From assembly GCA_965644495.1 (NCBI GenBank), contig CBFFSA010000059.1, forward strand, positions 1 through 49,198: a DNA stretch of 49,198 bases, in the 5' to 3' direction. Both the position numbers and the translations under genes were made by a program. This DNA comes from Perkinsela sp. CCAP 1560/9 (Eukaryota > Protista > Euglenozoa: Kinetoplastea). Below, in pieces: positions 22,046-37,300 of the stretch (positions are counted from its first letter, which is position 1; the number at the start of each line of letters is the position of its first letter). The notes under the pieces were generated by a model, which worked only from the letters and a program-made list of their open reading frames with translations, ran no database searches and was not told the DNA's origin.

Positions 22046-23865
22046 TCAAAACCGAGTCATCAACATGTATTCTTGAGGTAATTTAGACCAAGCTTTACAT
22101 ACACTTTTTATGATATCTTCCTTATTTGAAGGAGTGTACTCATCGACAAGCTCTTGCACCATACTCCACACGTTTTCTATGGGGGAAAGATCAGGGGAGT
22201 TCGGTGGCCAATTTGGCAATAGTGTCATTTCGGTTTTTTTCAAGATAAGCCTTAGTTTCTTTGGCTTAGTTCCGTAGAGTCCTGGGTTATTGCTTAACGA
22301 CAAAACGGATAGCATATCGGGTAGCGTATCGAGTTGGATATTTCCTTCCAAACAATTATGGTTGAGTAAAAGCTTTCTCAAATCTTCAGGAAGAGAAGCA
22401 AAACCAGACACACCGGTAAAGCAATTGTGCTTTCAAGCTTCAGAGTTTTGAGACCCTCCGGCATATTCTGCAAATCTAGCGCGCCTGAAAAATTATTATG
22501 GCTAGCAATAAAAGCAAAGCAGGACTCGGGCATATCGCTGAGGTGAAGATTGCCCGTAAATTGATTGCGTTTGATTCGTATAATCTCGAGCGATGGTGGA
22601 AGTGCGTCTAATTTAAAAGGACCCACAAACGTGTTATTACTGATGTCCAGTCCATTCAGCAACGGTAACGCACTAAGATTTAATGACCCAGACAGCTTAT
22701 TGTTCTTCAGGTTAAGATGTTTAAGCGTATCAGGCAAGAAACGAAGATCGATCTCCCCCGTGAACCCGTTGCACGAAAGATAAAGATCCTTAAGCTCACC
22801 AGGCAAGTGTCGTAAGTCTAACGTCCCGGTCAACTCATTTTCAAAAAGAACCAATGCCGACAGCTGCGGAGGTAACTTATCTAGACTCACGTTTCCCACA
22901 AATCTGTTCCTTGCTGCAGAAAAAGTGAGGAGGCTCTCAGGAAGAGAATCAAGCTGGAGAGGTCCATCAAATCGATTCCCTGAAATATTTACTTCTTCAA
23001 GCGATGACGGCAACTCACCGAGGCTAATCGTCCCTGTGATTTCGTTGTGACCAACAAAAAAGCATATCAGTCTGTTCGGCAAATTACGGAGGTGCAATTT
23101 ACCTGAAAATTCATAGCCTGCCACATCAAACATTTCCAAGTGAGCAGGAAGAGCAGAAAGATCCAAATCCTCGTCAGATTGATCATCGCTCGACGACGAA
23201 AATTTTGTGCATCCAGAAAATCTGTTTGTGTTTAAAATCAATTCTATCAATCCTTTCAGGAGATTGCATAGATCAATTTTGCCTGAAAAGTTATTTCCAC
23301 TCAAGTCCAGCGTGTTCAAGTCCGTTGGAAGTCCACCTAAATCCACTTCGCCCTCTAGTTTGTTGTACCCTAATCTAATGACCTGCAACTTTGATGGAAA
23401 ATCAGAAAAGTTTATCATACCGGTAAAAGCGTTGCAACGAAGCTCAAGGTCCGTTAGACTCGGGGGTAAATTACTGAAACAATCGGATCCAGAAAATTTG
23501 TTGCCTGATGCGGATACTCGCAAAACGGTCTTGGGAAGATGTTCTAAGTGTATTGTGCCAAAAATCGCCCCGTGCAGGTCAAGTTCTGAGTCAGTGTGCC
23601 ACTGAAGTTCCGTGACCTCTCCTTGTTCATTGCATCACACTCTTGCCCAATTGCATGCAGCTGTAGATGTCGTCCAGGATGGATCAGGATGCAGTACGTC
23701 CGCTACAAGTCGTTCCAGCTCATATTCTTGCGGTAGAACAGACCCGTGTACTTTCCCGGGACGACTAGATGGATTGCAAACCCTGCAACTCGGGATGTCT
23801 CTGTGCTGTTTCCTATTTTTTATAGGAGGTGACTGATCATCACGAGTTCGTGTTAGGAGAATCAT
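22046..23865 (-). pseudogene. LRR/Tc1-fusion pseudogene, copy 2
   Basis: Same lesions as copy 1; carries K/P/F/D variants. Confidence 0.85.
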
Positions 23866-26800
23866 GTGCAAATAAGAATCTGATTTACTATACAAATTCT
23901 TAAGAAATAGAAACAAGAAAATAGTAAACAATCGACTAAATGATTCAGATCCCTCCACGACTACGGCAACTAAAAAGCGCCACTCATACACGAAGACATG
24001 CCTAACATGACATGAAATCTACGTGCCTCGACACAAGAGTCACGTGACTTGCACATGTCTCCGGAAGGTAGTCTGCCCAGGGAGCTCTCCCTATAGACCT
24101 CACTCAGTTTGGCTCGTCGACATCCCTCCACGCTTGGGAAGTGGACACTACAAATCGTCTCCTTTTTCCTCTTTGAGCCCTTGTCCGAACCATAGCAGAA
24201 GCTCCACACGGAGCCGAGATCGATCCACTCTATCCGGCGGACGATCTGTTGCGTCCTCGAAACCTTCCAACGCAGCTGTGGTCACACAGCAGGCCACGCA
24301 CAGGTCGATCCAAGGACGAATCCCGAAGAATGGCGAATGCTTGAGCCCCTTAACAACCCTCGAAGACGGTATGGCTCAAGTCAAAGCGAAGTACATTGTT
24401 CCAGCCGCCCAGAAGGACGGTGCCACAGACTCTCATCCAACACAGAAACAGGAGTACAAAACTGGACCTGGAACACCAAGCACGCATGCAACGCTGTCGA
24501 CTGCAGGAATCACTCCTGGAGGGTAAAGCCCAGGATCTTGAACGTTTTCGAGCTGCCGAAACTGTTATTCAACGGGGAGGATAGGTCTCAATCTTGTAAA
24601 GCTTATGTGCTATTTATAAAATTTGTAAAACTTGGCCAATTTTGGAAAAGAATAGCGCATTCGAGAGCTCTCACACAGCCCTCCTGTGGAGGACATGTCG
24701 TTGTGCATAAAATCAACAGCTTTGTAAAATAGTAGGAGGGTCAAAAACGTCGATTGTAAGTTTTTTAAGAGATTATGACGTTTTTTCCCCGAAACGTAAA
24801 TCCAAACCTAGCACTCAGTGACCCCCGTTCCTCTCTATACTAACAATATCTCTCTCTAGCAATATTTATGTATCCATGGTGCGATGAATGCGTTCCAGGA
24901 TTTCTTAAATACGTTAACACGTTTCGTGAAAACTCTTGGTTGAAGCTAAAACAGCCTCATAAAACGCCTTTTCACTTTCAACTTCCGAGGGGTTCGCAAT
25001 TCGAGCTTTTAGGTCAGCATTACTCTCAATTCCAGTCATTGACAAGACAAAAAGATACGGAAAGCGAAATAACAAACTAAAGATGTTCAAAAATAGTCTT
25101 ACTTCTATCTACATCAAGGCCTACAATATGAGTACTCCATACACATCGTATATACGAAGTGAAAATTCTTTTTTATTCAAATTGTGCTCTACTCTCCATC
25201 CAAAAACTAGCATTTTCTTGTCTCTCCAAGCCAAAAGCAAACCGCAGTCTCGCGCGGTCTCGTGTGCCACGACCGGCAGCCCCTCCATTAAATACTTTCT
25301 CCTGCTTTTACAGTCGACGGCGGCGCTTGAGGTCCTGCCGGTCTTCCGCGATTCTTGGTGGTGCGGGGGGAAGGCGCAGTGGTCGCCGTTTGAAAGACAA
25401 CTGGTGCCTGGATCGGGACCTTCGTACTCACTGGAATAGGAGGCCGAAAATTTCAGAGAAAAAGACGTAAAAATGCCGATTGTTTTTTTAACACAGATTT
25501 CTGTCGGGCCAAATATTTTCAAGTTAACACAGATTAATATCATACAGATTAATGTTCTCCAGATTAGTATTACACAGACAAATGCCCCCCCCGTATACCA
25601 TTTATATAGCTTTATAGAATATAAAGCTCCCAGATAAGGTAGCGCGGGATGAGCATTACGTGAATTTACACGAACATGCCCAGATAAGGGACTTCGAACG
25701 TCAACGCGGTGGTGTTGAAATCGAGTTGCAAAAACTTTGGTAAAAGAATGGGAAGAGGGGACTCTCGACATAGCCGTGGAGCTTTGTCCCAAATTGAAGA
25801 CGCCATCAGCGAAGAACGGAAGCTACAAGACGACTACAGGCGCATAAAGAAGTTGTATTCAGAAACGAGGGTCCAATCATGGACCGAGATGTTTGACCCG
25901 GACTGTATCGAGGTGGATGAATCGAGCGCAGGGAAGTTGTAGAGTATGCCGCGGGGATGATTTTCCATCCTCCACACCTGGGGGTGACCCCCCCCGGCCC
26001 GACAAGTTCGAAATTTTTGGGATGACGCAAAAAAAATATTGTTGACCAAAAAAAGTAGATTTTTTTTCATGAAGCTTGTGTCATACTAATAAACAAGAAA
26101 GTGTTAATAAACAAGAAACGATTCTACGACGACATCTTAAAGACTGAAGATTGATTTTCGATAGTGTACACCTCCAGAAATGAAGTGCCCTATCTTCGCC
26201 CATATCAAAGCCTATGTTGAAGAGTTTTGTCTCTTCCCATACACGTATAGAATATACATGTATAGAAGAGTTTTGTCTGCGGACTCTAGGGATCTAAATC
26301 CGATTGAAAATCGGTGGTCCAACATGAAACTATATCGAAATACGAAATGTTCAATGACTATACCCTAAATTAAACAAGACCGCTTGTAGTGAAAATGAAA
26401 CGAGCGGGAGTCGAACCTGCGATTAACCAATGACGAGCGGCATGTATTACCAAATCGAATCCCGAGACGTACATGCTATTAAACACAGTGATTGGTGCCA
26501 AAATCGAGATTACGGACGCTGGACCCCTACTCGATCCACCCTACCCCGGACACCATAGAGAAGGAAAAGGCAGAGGTTGTAAACAACCCCAGCAATGTTG
26601 AAAACGAGCTAAATATTTTGTAAAGGGGGGTACACCCACTATTGGCAAAAAAGTTTGCCAATAGTGAGTGATTTTTACCCCCTTTGTCCAAGGGTGGGTG
26701 ATTTTTAATTCCTCTTTTACCGCAACGATTTCGACAAATTGTTATAAATATGCATTCAAAACTAATAGTAGTCGCTATATACAGAGTAGCCGCTAGTAAC

Positions 26801-27267
26801 CACTGCTATATAACCGCCAAAGGAAAGAAAGCTTCTGACAAAAAAAAAAGCGCCGCTTCGCGCCGCGGGGCCGGTTCCGACAATAAAGTACGCCTCCAAA
26901 GGACGAAACCCCTGCGATCGGCAAAATATGGCAGAATAGTGCCGCTTGGGCGGTGGCCCCCCCTCTAAGTAGGGGGGGTACAGTATCCGTCAGAATACAA
27001 CAATCTTTCCGTGAACTGGTGTAATTTACTGCTCGGAAAGGAGCGAACAATTACGCACAAGGCGTTTGTCGCTTTCCTCGCAATACATGCCACGAGCTGC
27101 ACATTAGATAGCACTAGAGTCGGTTCTACAGCAACAGTACAGGACCGTGAGTTCCGCATTTTTGGCACCGACCTCCGAAAGAAAAAAAGAAAGGCTCAGT
27201 TCCTGCGTGAAAAGTGGTACCGGCAGCCTTGAAAGTGCCATATCAGCCTTGAGCCGAGCATCGAAGC

Positions 27268-29087
27268 TCAAAACCGAGTCATCAACATGTATTCTTGAGG
27301 TAATTTAGACCAAGCTTTACATACACTTTTTATGATATCTTCCTTATTTGAAGGAGTGTACTCATCGACAAGCTCTTGCACCATACTCCACACGTTTTCT
27401 ATGGGGGAAAGATCAGGGGAGTTCGGTGGCCAATTTGGCAATAGTGTCATTTCGGTTTTTTTCAAGATAAGCCTTAGTTTCTTTGGCTTAGTTCCGTAGA
27501 GTCCTGGGTTATTGCTTAACGACAAAACGGATAGCATATCGGGTAGCGTATCGAGTTGGATATTTCCTTCCAAACAATTATGGTTGAGTAAAAGCTTTCT
27601 CAAATCTTCAGGAAGAGAAGCAAAACCAGACACACCGGTAAAGCAATTGTGCTTTCAAGCTTCAGAGTTTTGAGACCCTCCGGCATATTCTGCAAATTCA
27701 GCGCGCCTGAAAAATTATTATGGCTAGCAATTAAAGCAAAGCAGGACTCGGGCATATCGCTGAGGTGAAGATTGCCCGTAAATTGATTGCGTTTGATTCG
27801 TATAATCTCGAGCGATAGTGGAAGTGCGTCTAATTTAAAAGGACCCACAAACGTGTTATTACTGATGTCCAGTCCATTCAGCAACGGTAACGCACTAAGA
27901 TTTAATGACCCAGACAGCTTATTGTTCTCCAGGTTAAGATGTTTAAGCGTATCAGGCAAGAAACGAAGATCGATCTCCCCCGTGAACCCGTTGCACGAAA
28001 GATAAAGATCCTTAAGCTCACCAGGCAAGTGTCGTAAGTCTAACGTCCCGGTCAACTCATTTTCAAAAAGAACCAATGCCGACAGCTGCGGAGGTAACTT
28101 ATCTAGACTCACGTTTCCCACAAATCTGTTCCTTGCTGCAGAAAAAGTGAGGAGGCTCTCAGGAAGAGAATCAAGCTGGAGAGGTCCATCAAATCGATTC
28201 CCTGAAATATTTACTTCTTCAAGCGATGACGGCAACTCACCGAGGCTAATCGTCCCTGTGATTTCGTTGTGACCAACAAAAAAGCATATCAGTCTGTTCG
28301 GCAAATTACGGAGGTGCAATTTACCTGAAAATTCATAGCCTGCCACATCAAACATTTCCAAGTGAGCAGGAAGAGCAGAAAGATCCAAATCCTCGTCAGA
28401 TTGATCATCGCTCGACGACGAAAATTTTGTGCATCCAGAAAATCTGTTTGTGTTTAAAATCAATTCTATCAATCCTTTCAGGAGATTGCATAGATCAATT
28501 TTGCCTGAAAAGTTATTTCCACTCAAGTCCAGCGTGTTCAAGTCCGTTGGAAGTCCACCTAAATCCACTTCGCCCTCTAGTTTGTTGTACCCTAATCTAA
28601 TGACCTGCAACTTTGATGGAAAATCAGAAAAGTTTATCATACCGGTAAAAGCGTTGCAACGAAGCTCAAGGTCCGTTAGACTCGGGGGTAAATTACTGAA
28701 ACAATCGGATCCAGAAAATTTGTTGCCTGATGCGGATACTCGCAAAACGGTCTTGGGAAGATGTTCTAAGTGTATTGTGCCAAAAATCGCCCCGTGCAGG
28801 TCAAGTTCTGAGTCAGTGTGCCACTGAAGTTCCGTGACCTCTCCTTGTTCATTGCATCACACTCTTGCCCAATTGCATGCAGCTGTAGATGTCGTCCAGG
28901 ATGGATCAGGATGCAGTACGTCCGCTACAAGTCGTTCCAGCTCATATTCTTGCGGTAGAACAGACCCGTGTACTTTCCCGGGACGACTAGATGGATTGCA
29001 AACCCTGCAACTCGGGATGTCTCTGTGCTGTTTCCTATTTTTTATAGGAGGTGACTGATCATCACGAGTTCGTGTTAGGAGAATCAT
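27268..29087 (-). pseudogene. LRR/Tc1-fusion pseudogene, copy 3
   Basis: Same lesions; carries E/L/L/N variants. Confidence 0.85.
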
Positions 29088-32000
29088 GTGCAAATAAGAA
29101 TCTGATTTACTATACAAATTCTTAAGAAATAGAAACAAGAAAATAGTAAACAATCGACTAAATGATTCAGATCCCTCCACGACTACGGCAACTAAAAAGC
29201 GCCACTCATACACGAAGACATGCCTAACATGACATGAAATCTACGTGCCTCGACACAAGAGTCACGTGACTTGCACATGTCTCCGGAAGGTAGTCTGCCC
29301 AGGGAGCTCTCCCTATAGACCTCACTCAGTTTGGCTCGTCGACATCCCTCCACGCTTGGGAAGTGGACACTACAAATCGTCTCCTTTTTCCTCTTTGAGC
29401 CCTTGTCCGAACCATAGCAGAAGCTCCACACGGAGCCGAGATCGATCCACTCTATCCGGCGGACGATCTGTTGCGTCCTCGAAACCTTCCAACGCAGCTG
29501 TGGTCACACAGCAGGCCACGCACAGGTCGATCCAAGGACGAATCCCGAAGAATGGCGAATGCTTGAGCCCCTTAACAACCCTCGAAGACGGTATGGCTCA
29601 AGTCAAAGCGAAGTACATTGTTCCAGCCGCCCAGAAGGACGGTGCCACAGACTCTCATCCAACACAGAAACAGGAGTACAAAACTGGACCTGGAACACCA
29701 AGCACGCATGCAACGCTGTCGACTGCAGGAATCACTCCTGGAGGGTAAAGCCCAGGATCTTGAACGTTTTCGAGCTGCCGAAACTGTTATTCAACGGGGA
29801 GGATAGGTCTCAATCTTGTAAAGCTTATGTGCTATTTATAAAATTTGTAAAACTTGGCCAATTTTGGAAAAGAATAGCGCATTCGAGAGCTCTCACACAG
29901 CCCTCCTGTGGAGGACATGTCGTTGTGCATAAAATCAACAGCTTTGTAAAATAGTAGGAGGGTCAAAAACGTCGATTGTAAGTTTTTTAAGAGATTATGA
30001 CGTTTTTTCCCCGAAACGTAAATCCAAACCTAGCACTCAGTGACCCCCGTTCCTCTCTATACTAACAATATCTCTCTCTAGCAATATTTATGTATCCATG
30101 GTGCGATGAATGCGTTCCAGGATTTCTTAAATACGTTAACACGTTTCGTGAAAACTCTTGGTTGAAGCTAAAACAGCCTCATAAAACGCCTTTTCACTTT
30201 CAACTTCCGAGGGGTTCGCAATTCGAGCTTTTAGGTCAGCATTACTCTCAATTCCAGTCATTGACAAGACAAAAAGATACGGAAAGCGAAATAACAAACT
30301 AAAGATGTTCAAAAATAGTCTTACTTCTATCTACATCAAGGCCTACAATATGAGTACTCCATACACATCGTATATACGAAGTGAAAATTCTTTTTTATTC
30401 AAATTGTGCTCTACTCTCCATCCAAAAACTAGCATTTTCTTGTCTCTCCAAGCCAAAAGCAAACCGCAGTCTCGCGCGGTCTCGTGTGCCACGACCGGCA
30501 GCCCCTCCATTAAATACTTTCTCCTGCTTTTACAGTCGACGGCGGCGCTTGAGGTCCTGCCGGTCTTCCGCGATTCTTGGTGGTGCGGGGGGAAGGCGCA
30601 GTGGTCGCCGTTTGAAAGACAACTGGTGCCTGGATCGGGACCTTCGTACTCACTGGAATAGGAGGCCGAAAATTTCAGAGAAAAAGACGTAAAAATGCCG
30701 ATTGTTTTTTTAACACAGATTTCTGTCGGGCCAAATATTTTCAAGTTAACACAGATTAATATCATACAGATTAATGTTCTCCAGATTAGTATTACACAGA
30801 CAAATGCCCCCCCCGTATACCATTTATATAGCTTTATAGAATATAAAGCTCCCAGATAAGGTAGCGCGGGATGAGCATTACGTGAATTTACACGAACATG
30901 CCCAGATAAGGGACTTCGAACGTCAACGCGGTGGTGTTGAAATCGAGTTGCAAAAACTTTGGTAAAAGAATGGGAAGAGGGGACTCTCGACATAGCCGTG
31001 GAGCTTTGTCCCAAATTGAAGACGCCATCAGCGAAGAACGGAAGCTACAAGACGACTACAGGCGCATAAAGAATTTGTATTCAGAAGCGAGGGTCCAATC
31101 ATGGACCGAGATGTTTGACCCGGACTGTATAGGTGGATGAATCGAGCGCAGGGAAGTTGTAGAGTATGCCGCGGGGATGATTTTCCATCCTCCACACCTG
31201 GGGGTGACCCCCCCCGGCCCGACAAGTTCGAAATTTTTGGGATGACGCAAAAAAAATATTGTTGACCAAAAAAAGTAGAATTTTTTCATGAAGCTTGTGT
31301 CATACTAATAAACAAGAAAGTGTTAATAAACAAGAAACGATTCTACGACGACATCTTAAAGACTGAAGATTGATTTTCGATAGTGTACACCTCCAGAAAT
31401 GAAGTGCCCTATCTTCGCCCATATCAAAGCCTATGTTGAAGAGTTTTGTCTCTTCCCATACACGTATAGAATATACATGTATAGAAGAGTTTTGTCTGCG
31501 GACTCTAGGGATCTAAATCCGATTGAAAATCTGTGGTCCAACATGAAACTATATCGAAATACGAAATGTTCAATGACTATACCCTAAATTAAACAAGACC
31601 GCTTGTAGTGAAAATGAAACGAGCGGGAGTCGAACCTGCGATTAACCAATGACGAGCGGCATGTATTACCAAATCGAATCCCGAGACGTACATGCTATTA
31701 AACACAGTGATTGGTGCCAAAATCGAGGTTACGGACGCTGGACCCCTACTCGATCCACCCTACCCCGGACACCATAGAGAAGGAAAAGGCAGAGGTTGTA
31801 AACAACCCCAGCAATGTTGAAAACGAGCTAAATATTTTGTAAAGGGGGGTACACCCACTATTGGCAAAAAAGTTTGCCAATAGTGAGTGATTTTTACCCC
31901 CTTTGTCCAAGGGTGGGTGATTTTTAATTCCTCTTTTACCGCAACGATTTCGACAAATTGTTATAAATATGCATTCAAAACTAATAGTAGTCGCTATATA

Positions 32001-32486
32001 CAGAGTAGCCGCTAGTAACCACTGCTATATAACCGCCAAAGGAAAGAAAGCTTCTGACAAAAAAAAAAGCGCCGCTTCGCGCCGCGGGGCCGGTTCCGAC
32101 AATAAAGTACGCCTCCAAAGGACGAAACCCCTGCGATCGGCAAAATATGGCAGAATAGTGCCGCTTGGGCGGTGGCCCCCCCTCTAAGTAGGGGGGGTAC
32201 AGTATCCGTCAGAATACAACAATCTTTCCGTGAACTGGTGTAATTTACTGCTCGGAAAGGAGCGAACAATTACGCACAAGGCGTTTGTCGCTTTCCTCGC
32301 AATACATGCCACGAGCTGCACATTAGATAGCACTAGAGTCGGTTCTACAGCAACAGTACAGGACCGTGAGTTCCGCATTTTTGGCACCGACCTCCGAAAG
32401 AAAAAAAGAAAGGCTCAGTTCCTGCGTGAAAAGTGGTACCGGCAGCCTTGAAAGTGCCATATCAGCCTTGAGCCGAGCATCGAAGC

Positions 32487-34306
32487 TCAAAACCGAGTCA
32501 TCAACATGTATTCTTGAGGTAATTTAGACCAAGCTTTACATACACTTTTTATGATATCTTCCTTATTTGAAGGAGTGTACTCATCGACAAGCTCTTGCAC
32601 CATACTCCACACGTTTTCTATGGGGGAAAGATCAGGGGAGTTCGGTGGCCAATTTGGCAATAGTGTCATTTCGGTTTTTTTCAAGATAAGCCTTAGTTTC
32701 TTTGGCTTAGTTCCGTAGAGTCCTGGGTTATTGCTTAACGACAAAACGGATAGCATATCGGGTAGCGTATCGAGTTGGATATTTCCTTCCAAACAATTAT
32801 GGTTGAGTAAAAGCTTTCTCAAATCTTCAGGAAGAGAAGCAAAACCAGACACACCGGTAAAGCAATTGTGCTTTCAAGCTTCAGAGTTTTGAGACCCTCC
32901 GGCATATTCTGCAAATTCAGCGCGCCTGAAAAATTATTATGGCTAGCAATTAAAGCAAAGCAGGACTCGGGCATATCGCTGAGGTGAAGATTGCCCGTAA
33001 ATTGATTGCGTTTGATTCGTATAATCTCGAGCGATAGTGGAAGTGCGTCTAATTTAAAAGGACCCACAAACGTGTTATTACTGATGTCCAGTCCATTCAG
33101 CAACGGTAACGCACTAAGATTTAATGACCCAGACAGCTTATTGTTCTCCAGGTTAAGATGTTTAAGCGTATCAGGCAAGAAACGAAGATCGATCTCCCCC
33201 GTGAACCCGTTGCACGAAAGATAAAGATCCTTAAGCTCACCAGGCAAGTGTCGTAAGTCTAACGTCCCGGTCAACTCATTTTCAAAAAGAACCAATGCCG
33301 ACAGCTGCGGAGGTAACTTATCTAGACTCACGTTTCCCACAAATCTGTTCCTTGCTGCAGAAAAAGTGAGGAGGCTCTCAGGAAGAGAATCAAGCTGGAG
33401 AGGTCCATCAAATCGATTCCCTGAAATATTTACTTCTTCAAGCGATGACGGCAACTCACCGAGGCTAATCGTCCCTGTGATTTCGTTGTGACCAACAAAA
33501 AAGCATATCAGTCTGTTCGGCAAATTACGGAGGTGCAATTTACCTGAAAATTCATAGCCTGCCACATCAAACATTTCCAAGTGAGCAGGAAGAGCAGAAA
33601 GATCCAAATCCTCGTCAGATTGATCATCGCTCGACGACGAAAATTTTGTGCATCCAGAAAATCTGTTTGTGTTTAAAATCAATTCTATCAATCCTTTCAG
33701 GAGATTGCATAGATCAATTTTGCCTGAAAAGTTATTTCCACTCAAGTCCAGCGTGTTCAAGTCCGTTGGAAGTCCACCTAAATCCACTTCGCCCTCTAGT
33801 TTGTTGTACCCTAATCTAATGACCTGCAACTTTGATGGAAAATCAGAAAAGTTTATCATACCGGTAAAAGCGTTGCAACGAAGCTCAAGGTCCGTTAGAC
33901 TCGGGGGTAAATTACTGAAACAATCGGATCCAGAAAATTTGTTGCCTGATGCGGATACTCGCAAAACGGTCTTGGGAAGATGTTCTAAGTGTATTGTGCC
34001 AAAAATCGCCCCGTGCAGGTCAAGTTCTGAGTCAGTGTGCCACTGAAGTTCCGTGACCTCTCCTTGTTCATTGCATCACACTCTTGCCCAATTGCATGCA
34101 GCTGTAGATGTCGTCCAGGATGGATCAGGATGCAGTACGTCCGCTACAAGTCGTTCCAGCTCATATTCTTGCGGTAGAACAGACCCGTGTACTTTCCCGG
34201 GACGACTAGATGGATTGCAAACCCTGCAACTCGGGATGTCTCTGTGCTGTTTCCTATTTTTTATAGGAGGTGACTGATCATCACGAGTTCGTGTTAGGAG
34301 AATCAT
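32487..34306 (-). pseudogene. LRR/Tc1-fusion pseudogene, copy 4
   Basis: Same lesions; carries E/L/L/N variants. Confidence 0.85.
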
Positions 34307-37300
34307 GTGCAAATAAGAATCTGATTTACTATACAAATTCTTAAGAAATAGAAACAAGAAAATAGTAAACAATCGACTAAATGATTCAGATCCCTCCACG
34401 ACTACGGCAACTAAAAAGCGCCACTCATACACGAAGACATGCCTAACATGACATGAAATCTACGTGCCTCGACACAAGAGTCACGTGACTTGCACATGTC
34501 TCCGGAAGGTAGTCTGCCCAGGGAGCTCTCCCTATAGACCTCACTCAGTTTGGCTCGTCGACATCCCTCCACGCTTGGGAAGTGGACACTACAAATCGTC
34601 TCCTTTTTCCTCTTTGAGCCCTTGTCCGAACCATAGCAGAAGCTCCACACGGAGCCGAGATCGATCCACTCTATCCGGCGGACGATCTGTTGCGTCCTCG
34701 AAACCTTCCAACGCAGCTGTGGTCACACAGCAGGCCACGCACAGGTCGATCCAAGGACGAATCCCGAAGAATGGCGAATGCTTGAGCCCCTTAACAACCC
34801 TCGAAGACGGTATGGCTCAAGTCAAAGCGAAGTACATTGTTCCAGCCGCCCAGAAGGACGGTGCCACAGACTCTCATCCAACACAGAAACAGGAGTACAA
34901 AACTGGACCTGGAACACCAAGCACGCATGCAACGCTGTCGACTGCAGGAATCACTCCTGGAGGGTAAAGCCCAGGATCTTGAACGTTTTCGAGCTGCCGA
35001 AACTGTTATTCAACGGGGAGGATAGGTCTCAATCTTGTAAAGCTTATGTGCTATTTATAAAATTTGTAAAACTTGGCCAATTTTGGAAAAGAATAGCGCA
35101 TTCGAGAGCTCTCACACAGCCCTCCTGTGGAGGACATGTCGTTGTGCATAAAATCAACAGCTTTGTAAAATAGTAGGAGGGTCAAAAACGTCGATTGTAA
35201 GTTTTTTAAGAGATTATGACGTTTTTTCCCCGAAACGTAAATCCAAACCTAGCACTCAGTGACCCCCGTTCCTCTCTATACTAACAATATCTCTCTCTAG
35301 CAATATTTATGTATCCATGGTGCGATGAATGCGTTCCAGGATTTCTTAAATACGTTAACACGTTTCGTGAAAACTCTTGGTTGAAGCTAAAACAGCCTCA
35401 TAAAACGCCTTTTCACTTTCAACTTCCGAGGGGTTCGCAATTCGAGCTTTTAGGTCAGCATTACTCTCAATTCCAGTCATTGACAAGACAAAAAGATACG
35501 GAAAGCGAAATAACAAACTAAAGATGTTCAAAAATAGTCTTACTTCTATCTACATCAAGGCCTACAATATGAGTACTCCATACACATCGTATATACGAAG
35601 TGAAAATTCTTTTTTATTCAAATTGTGCTCTACTCTCCATCCAAAAACTAGCATTTTCTTGTCTCTCCAAGCCAAAAGCAAACCGCAGTCTCGCGCGGTC
35701 TCGTGTGCCACGACCGGCAGCCCCTCCATTAAATACTTTCTCCTGCTTTTACAGTCGACGGCGGCGCTTGAGGTCCTGCCGGTCTTCCGCGATTCTTGGT
35801 GGTGCGGGGGGAAGGCGCAGTGGTCGCCGTTTGAAAGACAACTGGTGCCTGGATCGGGACCTTCGTACTCACTGGAATAGGAGGCCGAAATTTTCAGAGA
35901 AAAAGACGTAAAAATGCCGATTGTTTTTTTAACACAGATTTCTGTCGGGCCAAATATTTTCAAGTTAACACAGATTAATATCATACAGATTAATGTTCTC
36001 CAGATTAGTATTACACAGACAAATGCCCCCCCCGTATACCATTTATATAGCTTTATAGAATATAAAGCTCCCAGATAAGGTAGCGCGGGATGAGCATTAC
36101 GTGAATTTACACGAACATGCCCAGATAAGGGACTTCGAACGTCAACGCGGTGGTGTTGAAATCGAGTTGCAAAAACTTTGGTAAAAGAATGGGAAGAGGG
36201 GACTCTCGACATAGCCGTGGAGCTTTGTCCCAAATTGAAGACGCCATCAGCGAAGAACGGAAGCTACAAGACGACTACAGGCGCATAAAGAATTTGTATT
36301 CAGAAGCGAGGGTCCAATCATGGACCGAGATGTTTGACCCGGACTGTATAGGTGGATGAATCGAGCGCAGGGAAGTTGTAGAGTATGCCGCGGGGATGAT
36401 TTTCCATCCTCCACACCTGGGGGTGACCCCCCCCGGCCCGACAAGTTCGAAATTTTTGGGATGACGCAAAAAAAATATTGTTGACCAAAAAAAGTAGAAT
36501 TTTTTCATGAAGCTTGTGTCATACTAATAAACAAGAAAGTGTTAATAAACAAGAAACGATTCTACGACGACATCTTAAAGACTGAAGATTGATTTTCGAT
36601 AGTGTACACCTCCAGAAATGAAGTGCCCTATCTTCGCCCATATCAAAGCCTATGTTGAAGAGTTTTGTCTCTTCCCATACACGTATAGAATATACATGTA
36701 TAGAAGAGTTTTGTCTGCGGACTCTAGGGATCTAAATCCGATTGAAAATCTGTGGTCCAACATGAAACTATATCGAAATACGAAATGTTCAATGACTATA
36801 CCCTAAATTAAACAAGACCGCTTGTAGTGAAAATGAAACGAGCGGGAGTCGAACCTGCGATTAACCAATGACGAGCGGCATGTATTACCAAATCGAATCC
36901 CGAGACGTACATGCTATTAAACACAGTGATTGGTGCCAAAATCGAGGTTACGGACGCTGGACCCCTACTCGATCCACCCTACCCCGGACACCATAGAGAA
37001 GGAAAAGGCAGAGGTTGTAAACAACCCCAGCAATGTTGAAAACGAGCTAAATATTTTGTAAAGGGGGGTACACCCACTATTGGCAAACTTTTTTGCCAAT
37101 AGTGAGTGATTTTTACCCCCTTTGTCCAAGGGTGGGTGATTTTTAATTCCTCTTTTACCGCAACGATTTCGACAAATTGTTATAAATATGCATTCAAAAC
37201 TAATAGTAGTCGCTATATACAGAGTAGCCGCTAGTAACCACTGCTATATAACCGCCAAAGGAAAGAAAGCTTCTGACAAAAAAAAAAGCGCCGCTTCGCG

